Shown here: positions 25,721-38,889 of the stretch, in pieces
Numbering within the stretch: the first letter of the stretch is position 1
Layout: every line of letters begins with the position of its first letter
From: the human T2T-CHM13v2.0 reference genome, Homo sapiens
Assembly (NCBI RefSeq): GCF_009914755.1
Contig: NC_060926.1
DNA: 64,000 nt
Strand: one strand, 5' to 3'
Position numbers and translations under genes: made by a program
Notes under the pieces: model-generated
Databases searched by the model: none
The model's input: only the letters and a program-made list of their open reading frames with translations
Told to the model about the DNA's origin: nothing

Positions 25721-27915
25721 CAAGTATAGGACACCTCTACTCCCTCCTTGGTGACCAATCATGCACCCCTTACCATCCCACTAAAACCTAATCACCCTTA
25801 CCCTGCTCAACGCCTATATCCCCTCCCACAGCACATTTTAAAAGGATTAAAGCCTGTTATCACTTGCCTGTTACAGCATGGCCTTTTAAAGCCTATAAAC
25901 TATCCTTACAATTCCCCCATTTTACCTGTCCAAAAACCAGACCAGCCTTACAGGTTAGTTCAGGATCTGTGCCTTATCAACCAAATTGTCTTGCCTATCC
26001 ACCCCATGGTGCCAAAGCCATGTACTCTCCTATCCTCAATACCTCCCTCCACAACCCCTCCATAACCCATTATTCTGTTCTGGATCTCAAACATGATTTC
26101 TTTACTGTTCGTTTGCACCCTTCATCCCATCCTCTCTTTGCTTTCACTTGGACTGACCCTGACATCCATCAGCCTCAGCAACTTACCTGGGCTGTACTGC
26201 TGCAAGGCTGCAGGGACAGCCCCCATTACTTCAGTCAGGCTCAAATTTTTTCCTTACCCATTACCTATCTCAGCATAATTCTTCATGAAAACACACGTGC
26301 TCTCCCTGCTGGGTCGTGTCTGGCTAATCTCCCAAACCCCAACCCCTTCTACAAAATAACAACTCCTTTTCTTCCTAGGCATGGTTAGGTACTCCTGCCT
26401 TTGGATACCTAGTTTTACCATCCTGACTGAACCATTATATAAACTCACAAAAGCCAACCTAGCTGACCCCACAGATCCTAAATCCTTTCACCACTCCTCT
26501 TTTCGTTCCTTAAAAACAGCCCTAGAAGCTGCTCCCACACTAACTCTAATTCATCCCAACCCTTTTCATTATACACAGCCAAAGTACACGGCTGTGCGGT
26601 CAAAATTCTTACACAAGAGCCGGGACCACGCCCTGTAGCCTTTCTGTCCAAACAACTTGACCTTACTGTTTTAGGCTGGCCCCCACCCCCATGACTGTAT
26701 CTCTCTGATCCACCTGACATTCACTCCATTTCCCCATATTTCCTTATTTCCTGTTCCTCACCCTGATCACACTTGGTTTATTGATGGCAGTTCCACCAGG
26801 CCTAATCGCCATTCACCAGCAAAGGCAGGCTAATGCAATAGTATCTTCCACATCTATCATTGAGGCTACCACTCTGCCCCCTCCACTACCTCTCAGCAAG
26901 CTGAACTCATTGCCTTAACTTGAGCCCTCACTCTTGCAAGGACTATGCGTCAATATTTATACTGACTCTAAATATGCCTTCCATATCCTGCACCACCATG
27001 CTGTTATATGGGCAGAAAAAGGTTTCCTCACTCTGCAAAGGTCCTCCATCATTCATACCTCTTTAATAAAAACTCTTCTCAAGGCCGCTTTACTTCCAAA
27101 GGAAGCTGGAGTCATTCATTGCAAGGGCCATCAAAGGGCATCAGATCCCATCACTCAGGGCAATGCTTATGCTGATAAGGTAGCTACAGAAGCAGCTAGC
27201 GTTCCAACTTCTGTCCCTCACGGCCAGTTTTTCTCCTTATCATCAGTCGCTGCCACCTACTCCCCCATTGAAACTTCCACCTATCAATCTCTTCCCATAT
27301 GAGGCAAACTGCTCTTAGACCAAGAAAAGTATCTCCTTCCAGCCTCACAGTCCCATTCTATTCTGTCGTCATTTCATAACCTCTTCCATGTAGGTTACAA
27401 GCTGCTAGCCCATCTCTTAGAACCTCTCATTTCCTTTCCATTGTGGAAATCTATCCTCAAGGAAATCACTTCTCAGTGTTCTATCTGCTACTCTACTACT
27501 CCTCAGGGATTGTTCAGGCCCCTCCCTTCCCTACACAACAAGCTTGGGGATTTGCCCCCAGCCAGGACTGGCAAATTGACTTTACTCACACGCCCCGAGT
27601 CAGGAAAATAAAATACCTCTTGGTCTAGGTAGACACTTTCACTGGATGGGTAGAGGCCTTTCCCACAAGGTCTGAGAAGACCACCATGGTCATTTCTTCC
27701 CTTCTGTCAGACATAATTCCTCAGTTTTGCCTTCCCACCTCTATACAGTCCAATAACAGACTGGCCTTTACTAGTCAAATCACCCAAGCAGTTTCTCAGG
27801 CTCTTGGTATTCAGGGAAACCTTCATACCCCTTACCGTCCTCAATCTTCAGGAAAGGTAGAACGGACTAACGGTCTTTTAAAAACACACCTCACCAAGCT
27901 CAGCCTCCAACTTAA
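25721..27915 (+). pseudogene. pol: HERV-H pol (RT/RNase H/integrase) with deletions and frameshifts
   Basis: YNSPILPVQK, YRLVQDL, LDLKHDFF, QGCRDSP; YxDD segment absent near 26240; RNase H WFIDGSS and IYTDSKYA; integrase WQIDFTH and PQSSGKVER. Confidence 0.92.
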
Positions 27916-28175
27916 AAAGGAGGACTCTGTCAAGGATAGAGCCCAAAAACTCACCAACCAAGCAAGTAATTACGCTGAACCCCCTTAGGGACTCTCTAAT
28001 TGGATATCCTGGGACCTCCCAATTCTTAGTCTTTTAATACCTGTTTTTCTCCTTCTCTTATTTTGACCTTGTGTCTTCCATTTAGTTTTTCAATTAATAC
28101 ATAACTGCATCCAGGCCATCACCAATCATTCTATATGACAAATATTCCTTCTAACAACCCCAAAATATCACCCCT
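27916..28175 (+). pseudogene. env: HERV-H env remnant (TM C-terminus only)
   Basis: Integrase frame runs directly into KDRAQKLTNQASNYAEPP and then a hydrophobic TM-like stretch; SU and most of TM are absent. Confidence 0.7.
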
Positions 28176-28639
28176 TAAGGGAGGAGACCACCGCTCATAC
28201 TGTCTTATGCCCAATTTCTGCCTCAAAAGAAAGAAGTAAAAACTAAAAGGCAGAAATGAAATCCACAAGCAGACAGCCCCGGCACCATACCCTGGGCCTG
28301 GTAGTTAAAGATCGATGACCCCTGACCTAATCGGTTATGTTATCTATAGATTACAGACACTGTATAGAAAAGCACTGTGAAAATCCCTGTCCTGTTCTGT
28401 TCCGTTCTAATTACCGGTGCACGCAGCCCCCAGTCATGTACCCCCTGCTTGCTCAATCGATCATGACCCTCTCACGCAGACCCCCTTAGAGTTATGAGCC
28501 CTTAAAAGGGACAGGAATTGCACACTCGGGGAGCTTGGTTGTTAGAGACGTGAATCTTGCCAAAGCTCCTGGCCAAATAAAGGCCTTCCTTCTTTAACTC
28601 AGTGTCTGAGGGTTTTTGTCTGTGGCTTGTCCTGCTACA
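28176..28639 (+). mobile_element. LTR2 (HERV-E/Harlequin-type) solo LTR nested in HERV-H
   Basis: TAAGGGAGGAGACCAC...TCCTGCTACA matches recalled LTR2; 4-bp TSD CCCT (28172-28175, 28640-28643); removing it restores HERV-H AATATCACCCCTTACCACA. Confidence 0.92.
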
Positions 28640-28829
28640 CCCTTACCACAAAATCTTCCTTCAGCTTAATCTCTCCCACTGTAGGTTTCCACGCTGCCCC
28701 TAATCCCGCTGAAAGCAGCCCTGAGAAACATCACCCATTATCTCCCCATACCACCCCCAAACATTTTTGCCACCGTAACAGTTCAACACTATTTTGTTTA
28801 TTTTTCTTATTAATATAAGAAGACAGGAA

Positions 28830-29199
28830 TGTCAGGCCTCTGAGCCAAGCCTGCACGTATAGATCCAGATGGCCTGAAGCAAGTGAAGAATCACAAAAGA
28901 AGTAAAAATGGCTGGTTCCTGCCTCAACTGATAACATTACCTTGTGAAATTCCTTCTCCTGGCTCATCCTGGCTCAAAAGCTCCCCCACTGAGCACTTTG
29001 TGACCCCCACCCCTGCCCACCAGAGAACAACCCCCTTTGACTGTAATTTTCTACTACCCAAATCCTATAAAACAGCCCCACCCCTATTTCCTTTAACTGA
29101 CTCTCTTTTCAGACTCAGCCCACCTGCACCCAGGTGAAATAAACAGCCTTGTTGCTCACATAAAGACTGTTTGGTCTCTTCACACGGATGTGTGTGACA
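28830..29199 (+). promoter_or_regulatory. HERV-H 3' LTR
   Basis: Homologous to 23134-23510; AATAAA near 29138; followed by the TSD. Confidence 0.93.
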
Positions 29200-29328
29200 A
29201 TAGTGTCTTTTTCATGTGTGAAGTCATTCTTAGAAAGACACCAAAAAAGAAGCGATAATCACACCTGGCTTTATTGTGTGGTGTGGGTTTTTTAAAGCAT
29301 TTTTTCCCACTTAAAAATATTAAGGTAG

Positions 29329-29519
29329 AAAACCCTATCTCTACTAAAAATACAAAAAATTAGCCGGGCGTGGTGGCGGATGCCTGTAGTCCCAGCTACT
29401 CAGGAGGCTGAGGAAGGAGAATGGCGTGAACCCAGGAGGCGGAGCTTGCAGTGAGCCGAGATCGCACCACGGCACTCCAGCCTGGGTGACAGAGCAAGAC
29501 TCTGTCTCAAAAAAAAAAA
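29329..29519 (+). mobile_element. 5'-truncated AluY-like
   Basis: GAGAATGGCGTGAACCC...GCGGAGCTTGCAGTGAGCCGAGATCGC AluY-type positions; poly(A). Confidence 0.9.
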
Positions 29520-30751
29520 CCAAATTAAAGTATAAAGTAAGTGCCAAACTTTATTTCCAAGTTAGAAGTCTCTTTGCTCAACACTCCTTACTTTAGAACA
29601 AAATATTTTACATTATTTTAAACTATCAAGATCATTTTGCACTGTTTTTAAAGATACTTGAAATGTCTCTAAGTTAGAACTGTAACTTTATTATATAGTT
29701 TTCTTTTGTATACTGCAAATATCTCTTTGATTTTAGAAAATACCTCTTGGATATTAGAAGATAAAGTTATAGTTCTAGCTGACGAACTGTAACTTAATTA
29801 TATAGCTTTTTATTGGATGTTACGTATATAAGATAAGCTAGGTTTTTCTATAGTCACAAATATTCATAACATCTCAGTAATTTAAAACCACAATCACCAA
29901 GTTCACAGAGATTAGCTGGGAGTCTGTTCCACACTGTCTACTTTAAGAGAAATAAAACCCTCTTACCTTACTTAGACATGCTGTGTTATTATTTTACCAT
30001 TTTATTAAATATAATTTACCATTACTTAAGATAGGACACCTAAATTAAATTGCTATTCAGAACTACTCTTTGTGTTATCTTGGTCAAATTTCACTATTAG
30101 TTTAGATTCATAAATTGCACTGTGAGGATTTCTCAGTTTACATAGTTCAAAAACTGCATAAGCATTGAATATTCTCTTCCTTGAAGTTTTGATAGAATTT
30201 TTCAGCAAAACCACCTATTTTAATAGTTTTTAAAATGTTTTTGCTATCTATGAAATTGAAACCTATTCAAGAGCTCTATCTGTTCTTTAGATAAATTTAG
30301 TAATATTTGAAGAACTCTATTTCACATAAAATTCCAAATCATTAACAAGATCTATATTGTAGCTCTATTTTCTCTAAATTCGATTTTAAATTTATTCCTA
30401 ATTTCTAAGGTCACAGTTAAATTTCATTTTCTCTATTTTTACCTTGATAATATTTGTTAAAATAAAACACTAATTTATTATTTATCTCTTTAAAGGAAAA
30501 GTTATTGAATTTATCAATTAAATTTTTCTAATTTCTAAATAATTTGATTTAATCTAATCTCATTCCTCTATTTTCTTTATGTTTTTGTCTTATCGCTTCC
30601 TAAATTCTTACATTCATTATTTCTTCATATTCTTATTGATGACAGTAATATTAATTATTATTATCCTCTAAGGACAGCTTTTATGCCGCATACAGCATAA
30701 TATTCTTGTTTATTGTTGTTAACCTCCCAATTTTTAGCATTTGCAGTTCTG

Positions 30752-30755
<4 letters not shown>

Positions 30756-30791
<36 letters not shown>
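30756..30791. repeat. (TG)n microsatellite
   Basis: About 18 perfect TG units. Confidence 0.95.
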
Positions 30792-30794
<3 letters not shown>

Positions 30795-33080
30795 ATAGTT
30801 ACTTAAAAGGAGATGACCCCCTTTAACTAAATATGTTATCAGTTCTCTTTTATCTTGGAATAGTAATATCTATATAATATCAGTCTGCATGTAGTTTTTT
30901 CTGCTCTTTAATTGCATAGTGAGCAACTTTCCTTCCAAAGTCTACCTTGAGAGAGTGGGCACCTAGTAACAGCCTTGAGTTCACTCCATTTTCAGGTTTT
31001 CATCAAATCTCCTTGGTTTTCCTGAAGATAACTTCTGGTTCTCTAGGACCCCATGCAATGCAATAAAATAATCAATAGCTTATCACTAGCACTGTCTTTA
31101 GCCTTCTTTCAGTTTATGTTATTCATAGCTTGTTATTCCAGGGTAGAGCTTTTCAGGATACATTATGTCACAGCCAACACTTTGTAATTGTCAACGAGTC
31201 ATTCCCTGCAATTTGGAGTCTCTGCATGAACTTATGTATCTGTGAGGGTGAAGTGAGGACAGAGGCAGCAACACTCTCTCAATTGCCCCAATTTATAGAA
31301 GATTGCCCAAGTGCACATAGAGATAAGTAAGGTTCCAGCTTTTTGACTGCTGAAGGCCTTGGTAATTTACAAAAGCAACAGCATGATCCTTTTCCAAGCA
31401 ATCTCTGTTTCAAGTAATAAAGCCAGGTACTACCAAAAGCAGAAGACTGAATGCTCTATTCTCAATTCTGTTCCTTAATTGGCAGCAATTGCTTTATCTG
31501 TGAGGGTTTTCCATCAAAGCTCTTTTGCATTTCCTTCTGTCAGTGTCATCCTGGATGATCCCAGTGTGATTTTGAACGCATGCCACTGGATGTCACTGGG
31601 CAGAAACTATCTGAACGCAGAAAATCAGCAATTGTCTTTTAAGAAGGAACAAACAATGAGCATGTTATTCTAGGAAGTCTTCATTGAAATTAAGCAAATT
31701 ATTGAATTGCTAATAGACAGTCAACATAAGCGTAATTAAACCATTTTCCAGTCGTACTTCCTATGAACTAAATTCACAGAATAAAACTTCTACATTTGAA
31801 GTTTTGATTTGCTGTCTTTGGTAAAGTTTTTTTTTTTTTTTTTTCACTCTGAAAATGATTATAGCAATCTTCAGTGTTCATGAGTGTAAATTCCACTTAT
31901 CTGTGGCTCAGTAACTCTGGCTTCAGTTTCCTACCCAAAGCTACAAAATCACTTTGAAGGGCACCATATAAGTAAATTGAGCCATCAAGTCATCAAGCTG
32001 GGAATGTCACACCCAGGAGAGTACTTCAATGCTTATAGCTGCTACTTTGGGGCTCCAACAAGAATATCCCAAAGCTGAAAGCATTCTGAGGCTCAGAGAC
32101 TTCATGGAACATAAAGCTTTACTTCAAAAATAAACTTTGTATTTTGAAAACAAACCATTTATTGTTTGTATAAAAGGTCCCTGCATTCTGTTAGAAACAA
32201 TTTAATGACTCCAGTTTATAAAAGTCCTATGGGACACTGATTACAAATATAACCTTTACTTTAAAAGAGCAGAAGCAATCTAGTCCCTCGGTTTTAAAAT
32301 TATGTTGCTTGGCTGGTTGTCCAGAGCTCCCAGATGGGCCCAAAATTGTTTGCGGAGCTCTATTTTGTTTTATTTTTATATTTTTCATAGGTTTTTATTT
32401 TGTAGTGAATTAGTTCTTGATCTCCCAAATAGAGGAAGAATTATAGAATATGTGCATCTATATATGAAGTATTGTGAGCTTAAAAACATGAGTTATTTGG
32501 GTTATTGCTGTTTTAGAGTAAATTTGTAAACAGCATCTAAATGCAATTTTTTACATATAGGACTGCTGTATTTCCACAATTGATGAGGTTCAGGACATAT
32601 CACCCCAAAATATCATTCTAAGAGAACAAAATATGCCACCCCAAGTATGCCTCTTGGCTTAAGAATTATTTTGAAAGGGTTATTTTGAGAAACTGCAGGC
32701 ACAGGAGAAGCTCTGAAAGTTACTATTTGGTAAGATAAATTTACATCTATAAAAAAAATCTGCATTTAAAGGTGTCTTCCTTTCTGTTCCAGGCGAAAAA
32801 AAAGATGACTAAATGGAGAAAGTATGGGCTTTAATTCTGCAAAGCAAGCTTTGCTCCTGTTCATTGTCCTTGCTCATAACTGGACCCTTTCCCATTCCCT
32901 TCTTTCTTTGTCTCAGGGGTACTTAAGCCTGAAATCTGAGACAACTATTTAGGATCTACTTGAGATATTTACTCACATCTCTGAGTTATCGCCCACATAT
33001 AGAGAGGGTATACATGTTATTAAACTTCTTTTTCTCTTGTTAATTTGTCTTTTGTTACAGAGGTTTGTGCAAATAAGAAC

Positions 33081-33850
<770 letters not shown>

Positions 33851-34545
33851 GAGAAGTATGGAGGGTAGAGAGAAAATTATTTTGTTCTCCCCTAATTAAT
33901 GTACATAGTATACTCAACAGTTTTAAAAACTTAAATTTCTTATGACTAATTTGCACTTAAATAATTGTTGCCAATGGTTTCTACTATGTCCATGACCATT
34001 TCTACAATCTAAGTTATTAGAGTATAAAATTTAACATTTTAAAAGTTCTGCAGGGTATTTATGAAGGCCTTGTATACATCTTTCTCCAGTCACCAAAATA
34101 GTTCTGAGTTAATGCTAACTTTAAGCAATGTTTCCCTCAATCAAGTCTGACAGCACATTTAAATAATGTTTCCAAGCTCTCCTTGCTTTATTTTCCAAAA
34201 CATAAACACAAGAGTGATATATAATTTTTTGAAAATTGTTAATAATTGGAAAGTATCCTACTTGAAACAAAAATGTTGATCTTAACTCATTCTATTTATT
34301 GAACAATCATTGCTGAACATTAACTTATTCAGAAACCTTATAATGTAACGCTATTCTTAACTCTAAAACTATAGATTATACTATATTCATAGTTCCTTTT
34401 TCATGAGGGTATTCAATATGATAATTTCCTGGAAATGGAAGAGGAAATGATAGAAGATAGAAAGAGGGGGAAGGAGTGTTTGACCCTGGATATTTTCTTT
34501 CTGAGGGAGCTCTGAGTTCTGACCTTGAGAACTCTATGATGCCAA

Positions 34546-35297
34546 TGAAACCACCTTTGCAAAGATTATGACAGTCACAGAAATCTATCATGGCTGGACT
34601 CCATCTTGCTTCTAGCCTCAAAGGCTAGCTGTCCTTGCTCATTCCTGGGCATAGGCCAGGCTAATCATGGGAGGAATTTAGTTTATAGTTTAACTTAAAG
34701 GAAGGAAGACAGTACCTCTTCCCAAAACTAAACCACTTTGTAAACCTAATGAAAGTCCACAAGGATAGGATTATGAGAGGTGCCTGAATTCTGCTAAGAT
34801 ATAAACATAGCTTCTATAATCCTTTACTACTCAGGAGCCAATGTGGCCAGAGGTCACATGATTTGTGACTTTCTCAATTATACCTATAGATAACATCACA
34901 ATTTTAGTACCTAAGATTGGTCTTTTGAGATGTTTTTCAGGCTTTTGTGTTGTGGCAACTGACCCCATCCAGACACGTAACTTATGACTCTACTGGTCTT
35001 GTGGCCTTCACTTGGAGGCAGACTCAGCACATGAGGACCATTTTCCGTGCCCCAATGGTGGCATCCTCACCCAATCAGCAGCACCTATTTCCTAGCCTGC
35101 TACCCACAAAACTATCCTTGAAAAACTCTAACCTTTGAGCCTTTTGGGAGACTTACTTGAGTAATAACTCCATCTTCTGTGTGGCTGGCCTTGCATTATT
35201 TAAACTCTTTCTTTACTTCAATAGTCCTCAATACCATGATCTCAGTGAATTGGTTTTGTCAGTGCAGTGGGCAAGAAGAACCCGTCAAGCAATTACA
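34546..35297 (+). mobile_element. LTR8A/8B-like solo LTR
   Basis: TGAAACCACCTTTGCAAAGATTATGACAG start and CAATTACA end; flanks CCAA/TCAA (3/4 TSD). Confidence 0.8.
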
Positions 35298-35836
35298 TCA
35301 AAGCAAAAGTACACTGGATAAAGTTAAATGGGCAAGGGAGTCTTCAATCAATGCCATTGCAACAGGTGAGAAAGTCCAGAACTAAAGTCTGAACTCAATT
35401 TTACTGAAACAAAGAGGTAGAGGGATTTTAGGAACTTAGGCGATTGGATCACGAATCACTTCTTTGCCAATTGGCCTTGTCCCTCAAAAAAGAAATTTAC
35501 CCGTATCTCTATGGCAGGAGGTAGTTTTACATCTTAAAGCAAGGCACCCACTGAAGTTAGACTCCTACCCTGTTATAGAGGCCCAGAGACTGGGAGATAG
35601 GGGTGCTGATTTCCTTGATGATAACATTTTAAAATGATATTTTCCAGAGACCTGAGAAACATTCCTGGGTTGTAAAAATGGCAGAGGCTTTTTAAAAGAT
35701 TTATATCACTAAGGGGAAGAGAAAGGATTTGCAATCACAAGTTTGCTAAAGCAAATGCTCTAAGAAAATGGTGGTCAGAAAGAAGCCTGTAAGAACTTTA
35801 CCCAAGAAGAAAGGAACACTGAGGCCATCTTGATTA
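35298..35836 (-). mobile_element. MER67-like LTR (its terminus probably separated by the LTR8 insertion)
   Basis: Homologous to 22110-22521 (ACATTCCTGGGTTGTAAA, CACAAGTTTGCTAAAGCAAATGCTCTAAGAAA). Confidence 0.65.
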
Positions 35837-36139
35837 ATGAATTATCTCTTTAAAACGATTTAAGTTACTAATCATAGACTAAGTCATTTTAAATACAACA
35901 CAGAAACTGTATAAAGTAAGTACTTTTAAAGATTGCAGAATTATTTTAACTCTTATCTATACCCTTTTTTGCTGAAGCATTATTTCTGATGTTAATAAAA
36001 AAAGAAGGCAACTGTCCATTAGCAGGAGAATAAACAAACTGTGATGTACCCATACCATGGCATATTAAGCAGCTATTCAAATCAATGTAGTAGATTTGTA
36101 TCTATTGTTCTTTAAGGCATCTCCAAGATACATTGTTTT

Positions 36140-36908
36140 AGTTGTTCAGGCCAAAATGCTCGAAGTCATTGTTGAGGTCTCTCTCACAACTCACTCCCAA
36201 TTTTTCAGCAAAGACTGTTGGCTCCAACTTCAAAATCTGTACACAATCTAATTACTTATTCATCTGGCTCAGCCATCATCTCTACCTTAGATGACAATAT
36301 TAGCCTCACCATTGGTCCCCCAGCTTCTACCACTTTCCAAAGGTATCCTTACACTGTAATCAAAGTTACTTTTTAAAAACTTTAGTCAGATCAGTAAGTC
36401 GGAACATGTCACCCCTCTGCTTGAGTCACTAGCCAACCCCATGTGATCTGGTTCATTCCCTCTTTCCTCATCTCACCTCCTCCTTCACTCAGGTACTACC
36501 ATGCTAGGCTCTATACTAGTCCTCAAACATGTCCAGCCCCGTGCTTTTGCACAGGCTGCTTCCACTCTTTGAATTGCTCTTATCCCAGATACTCATCACA
36601 TCTAACTCTAGGCCCCCTTATAGTCTTCTAAAATCTCATCTTCATTTAGAGGTCAACACTTACCACTTCAGTTTAAAGTGCAACCTGCTTACTCCCCAAT
36701 GCACTCCCATTCCTCCATCTCCTAGCTTGTATCACCTCCCAGCAAACTTATAATTTACTTATTTGTATGCTTATGATTTATTTTCTCTCTCCTACGAGAA
36801 TGAAATTTTTATAAAAGTAAGATTTCATGGTATTGCATAGAACAGAGAGCCTGGCACAGATGCTACCCGTTAAATATTTGTTAAAAACGTGAATTAATGA
36901 TGGATGAA
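36140..36908 (+). mobile_element. L2 LINE 3' fragment
   Basis: CAGGCCAAAA...GTCATT, CCATCATCTCT, CTTTTGCACAGGCTGCTTCC and GCCTGGCACAG...AAATATTTGTT...TGAATTAATGA terminus. Confidence 0.75.
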
Positions 36909-37238
36909 AGCCTTTGTCATTAGAATAAGGTGAAAAATACACGTGAAATATCAAACTGTATCTCAATGTCCTACTTATTTCTGAGTATGCTCTTTTAACA
37001 GTCTTACAAATCAAACAGACGCTGTAAATACACACTAAACAAAAATGTTAGAAAAACCACAGCTCCTATATTATGGACATCGTTTAATTAGCCAAAATAC
37101 AGTTATTAAAATTTAGGAATTATAAGTCCACACATGTGATTTTTCATATTGCAATTTCTATTATTAAAAAATACATACCAAGATCAGAACAGGTATAGGT
37201 CAAGTTAGGAAAACACAAACATAAAATAAACATTTTTT

Positions 37239-37360
37239 GGCTGTGTACGATGGCTCACACCTGTCATCATGACACTCTGAGAGGCTGAGGCAGGAGAACT
37301 GCTTGAGGCCAGGAGTTCAAGACTGTTAGCCCAGGCAACATAGTGAAATACTCATCTCAT
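37239..37360 (+). mobile_element. FLAM / Alu left monomer
   Basis: GGCTGTGTACGATGGCTCACACCTGT...TTGAGGCCAGGAGTTCAAGAC...GGCAACATAGTGA. Confidence 0.8.
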
Positions 37361-38524
37361 TTTTAGTAATTTTTTTTAAAAAAAGAAATATTTTTTTCTC
37401 TTAATATTTATGAAGTTATGATGATATAATTTGTTTTTCTATGAAGAATCTATATAGATCTGATAAAATTAATACTTTTACTGATTATTTCTTTGTGTAG
37501 TCAATACTGAATTATTAATTTGAGCAAAAGGGTATTTGTTGTAAGTTATTCTAGGAATGAAATGAAACGTACCAATGTACCAGACTGACATAATATTTTC
37601 AAATTTGGAGTGAAATTAATGAAATTGTAAATATAAAATATAAATAATATGAGGAACAGCCACATATAGAAAACAAGTTTCTAGAATAATTTTATGAACT
37701 TTCATTCCATTTGCTTGAACTGACTCTCTTTAGAGTGCTTTTTTTGGATAGGTGATCATTTATAATTTGTTTAAGAATATCCTACCAATATATACAAATG
37801 CTATGATACATTCTGATTAAAATAAAAGGTTAAATGTATTTTACAGTTTCTCTCCTATTTGTTTAGTTTTGTTTTTAAGACATTCACACGAGAGCTAGGA
37901 GCTATAAAAATATAGGTAAACATGTTAGAAGGAAAATGATTTTGAGCTACATGGATAACTCTTTTTTAAAAATAAAAATAAATACATAACAAATCAAAAT
38001 AAATAACTCTACCAACCAACACTATCAAAGGCTTATTTTAAAATAGCTTATTTATTCCTGAACAGTTTTGTTTGAGTTAAGCCAAAAACAATTTTTGATT
38101 GAGCTCTCACCAATGTTTAAGAAATAAGATATGAGTAAAGGCAATAAATACAAATACATTATGATGTGCTTAAGCTACCATGTGGAAAACTCATGTATGA
38201 AAATTACAAATCTTACATTTGCTGCTGAATTGACTATGAAGAAAGCCAATATTTCATAGCACCTGAGCTTTAAAAGACCTGAAGTGAGACAAACAGGTCT
38301 TAAAGCCCTATTATAAGCCAGAAGTTATTCACCAGGCAAGAACTATATGCCTTATACTAATCATAGTTCTTGGTAACAAACAAAGGAATTTTTCTCTGGT
38401 TACTCTAATCAGATAAAGTGTCTTTTGGAAGGGTGTTGGATAGTTCCACAGGGTAGAGAAACAGAGCTGGAATCATACTGCAGGAAGAGTCAGCCCACTT
38501 CAAGAGCTCACAAGCCAAACAAGC

Positions 38525-38889
38525 TGATATGGTTTGGCTGTGCCCCCATCCAAATCTCATCTTGAAATGCAGCTCTCATAATTCCCACATGTCATGGGAG
38601 GGACCCAGTGGGAGGTAACTGAATCATGGGGGCAGGTCTTCCCTGTGCTGTTCTCATGATAGTGAATAAGTCTCACAAGATCTGATGGTTTTATAAAGGG
38701 GAGTTCCCCTGCCCAGGCTCTCTTGCCTGCAGCCATGTAAGATGTCTCTTTTGCTCTTCTTTCATCTTCCACCATGATCATGAGGTCTCCTCAGCCATGT
38801 GAAACAGTGAGTCCATTAAACTTCTTTCCTTTGTAAATTACTCAGTCTCAGGTATGTCTTTATTAGCAGCATGAGAACAGATTAATACA
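38525..38889 (+). mobile_element. THE1 (B/C-like) MaLR solo LTR
   Basis: TGATATGGTTTGGCTGTG...TAATACA with perfect 5-bp TSD CAAGC (38520-38524, 38890-38894). Confidence 0.93.

Larger units (their letters stand above)
23134..29199 (+). mobile_element. HERV-H provirus (deleted form, two LTR7-family LTRs)
   Basis: Two homologous LTRs TGTCAGG...TGACA; perfect 5-bp TSD ATAGT (23129-23133, 29200-29204); PBS, C-rich gag-pro-pol remnants and a polypurine tract AAGAAGACAGGAA before the 3' LTR. Confidence 0.97.

Noticed and set aside
23872-27988. HERV-H ORFs as functional proteins
   Set aside because: All are short fragments; the protease catalytic Asp is mutated, RT YxDD is deleted and there are many stops and frameshifts.
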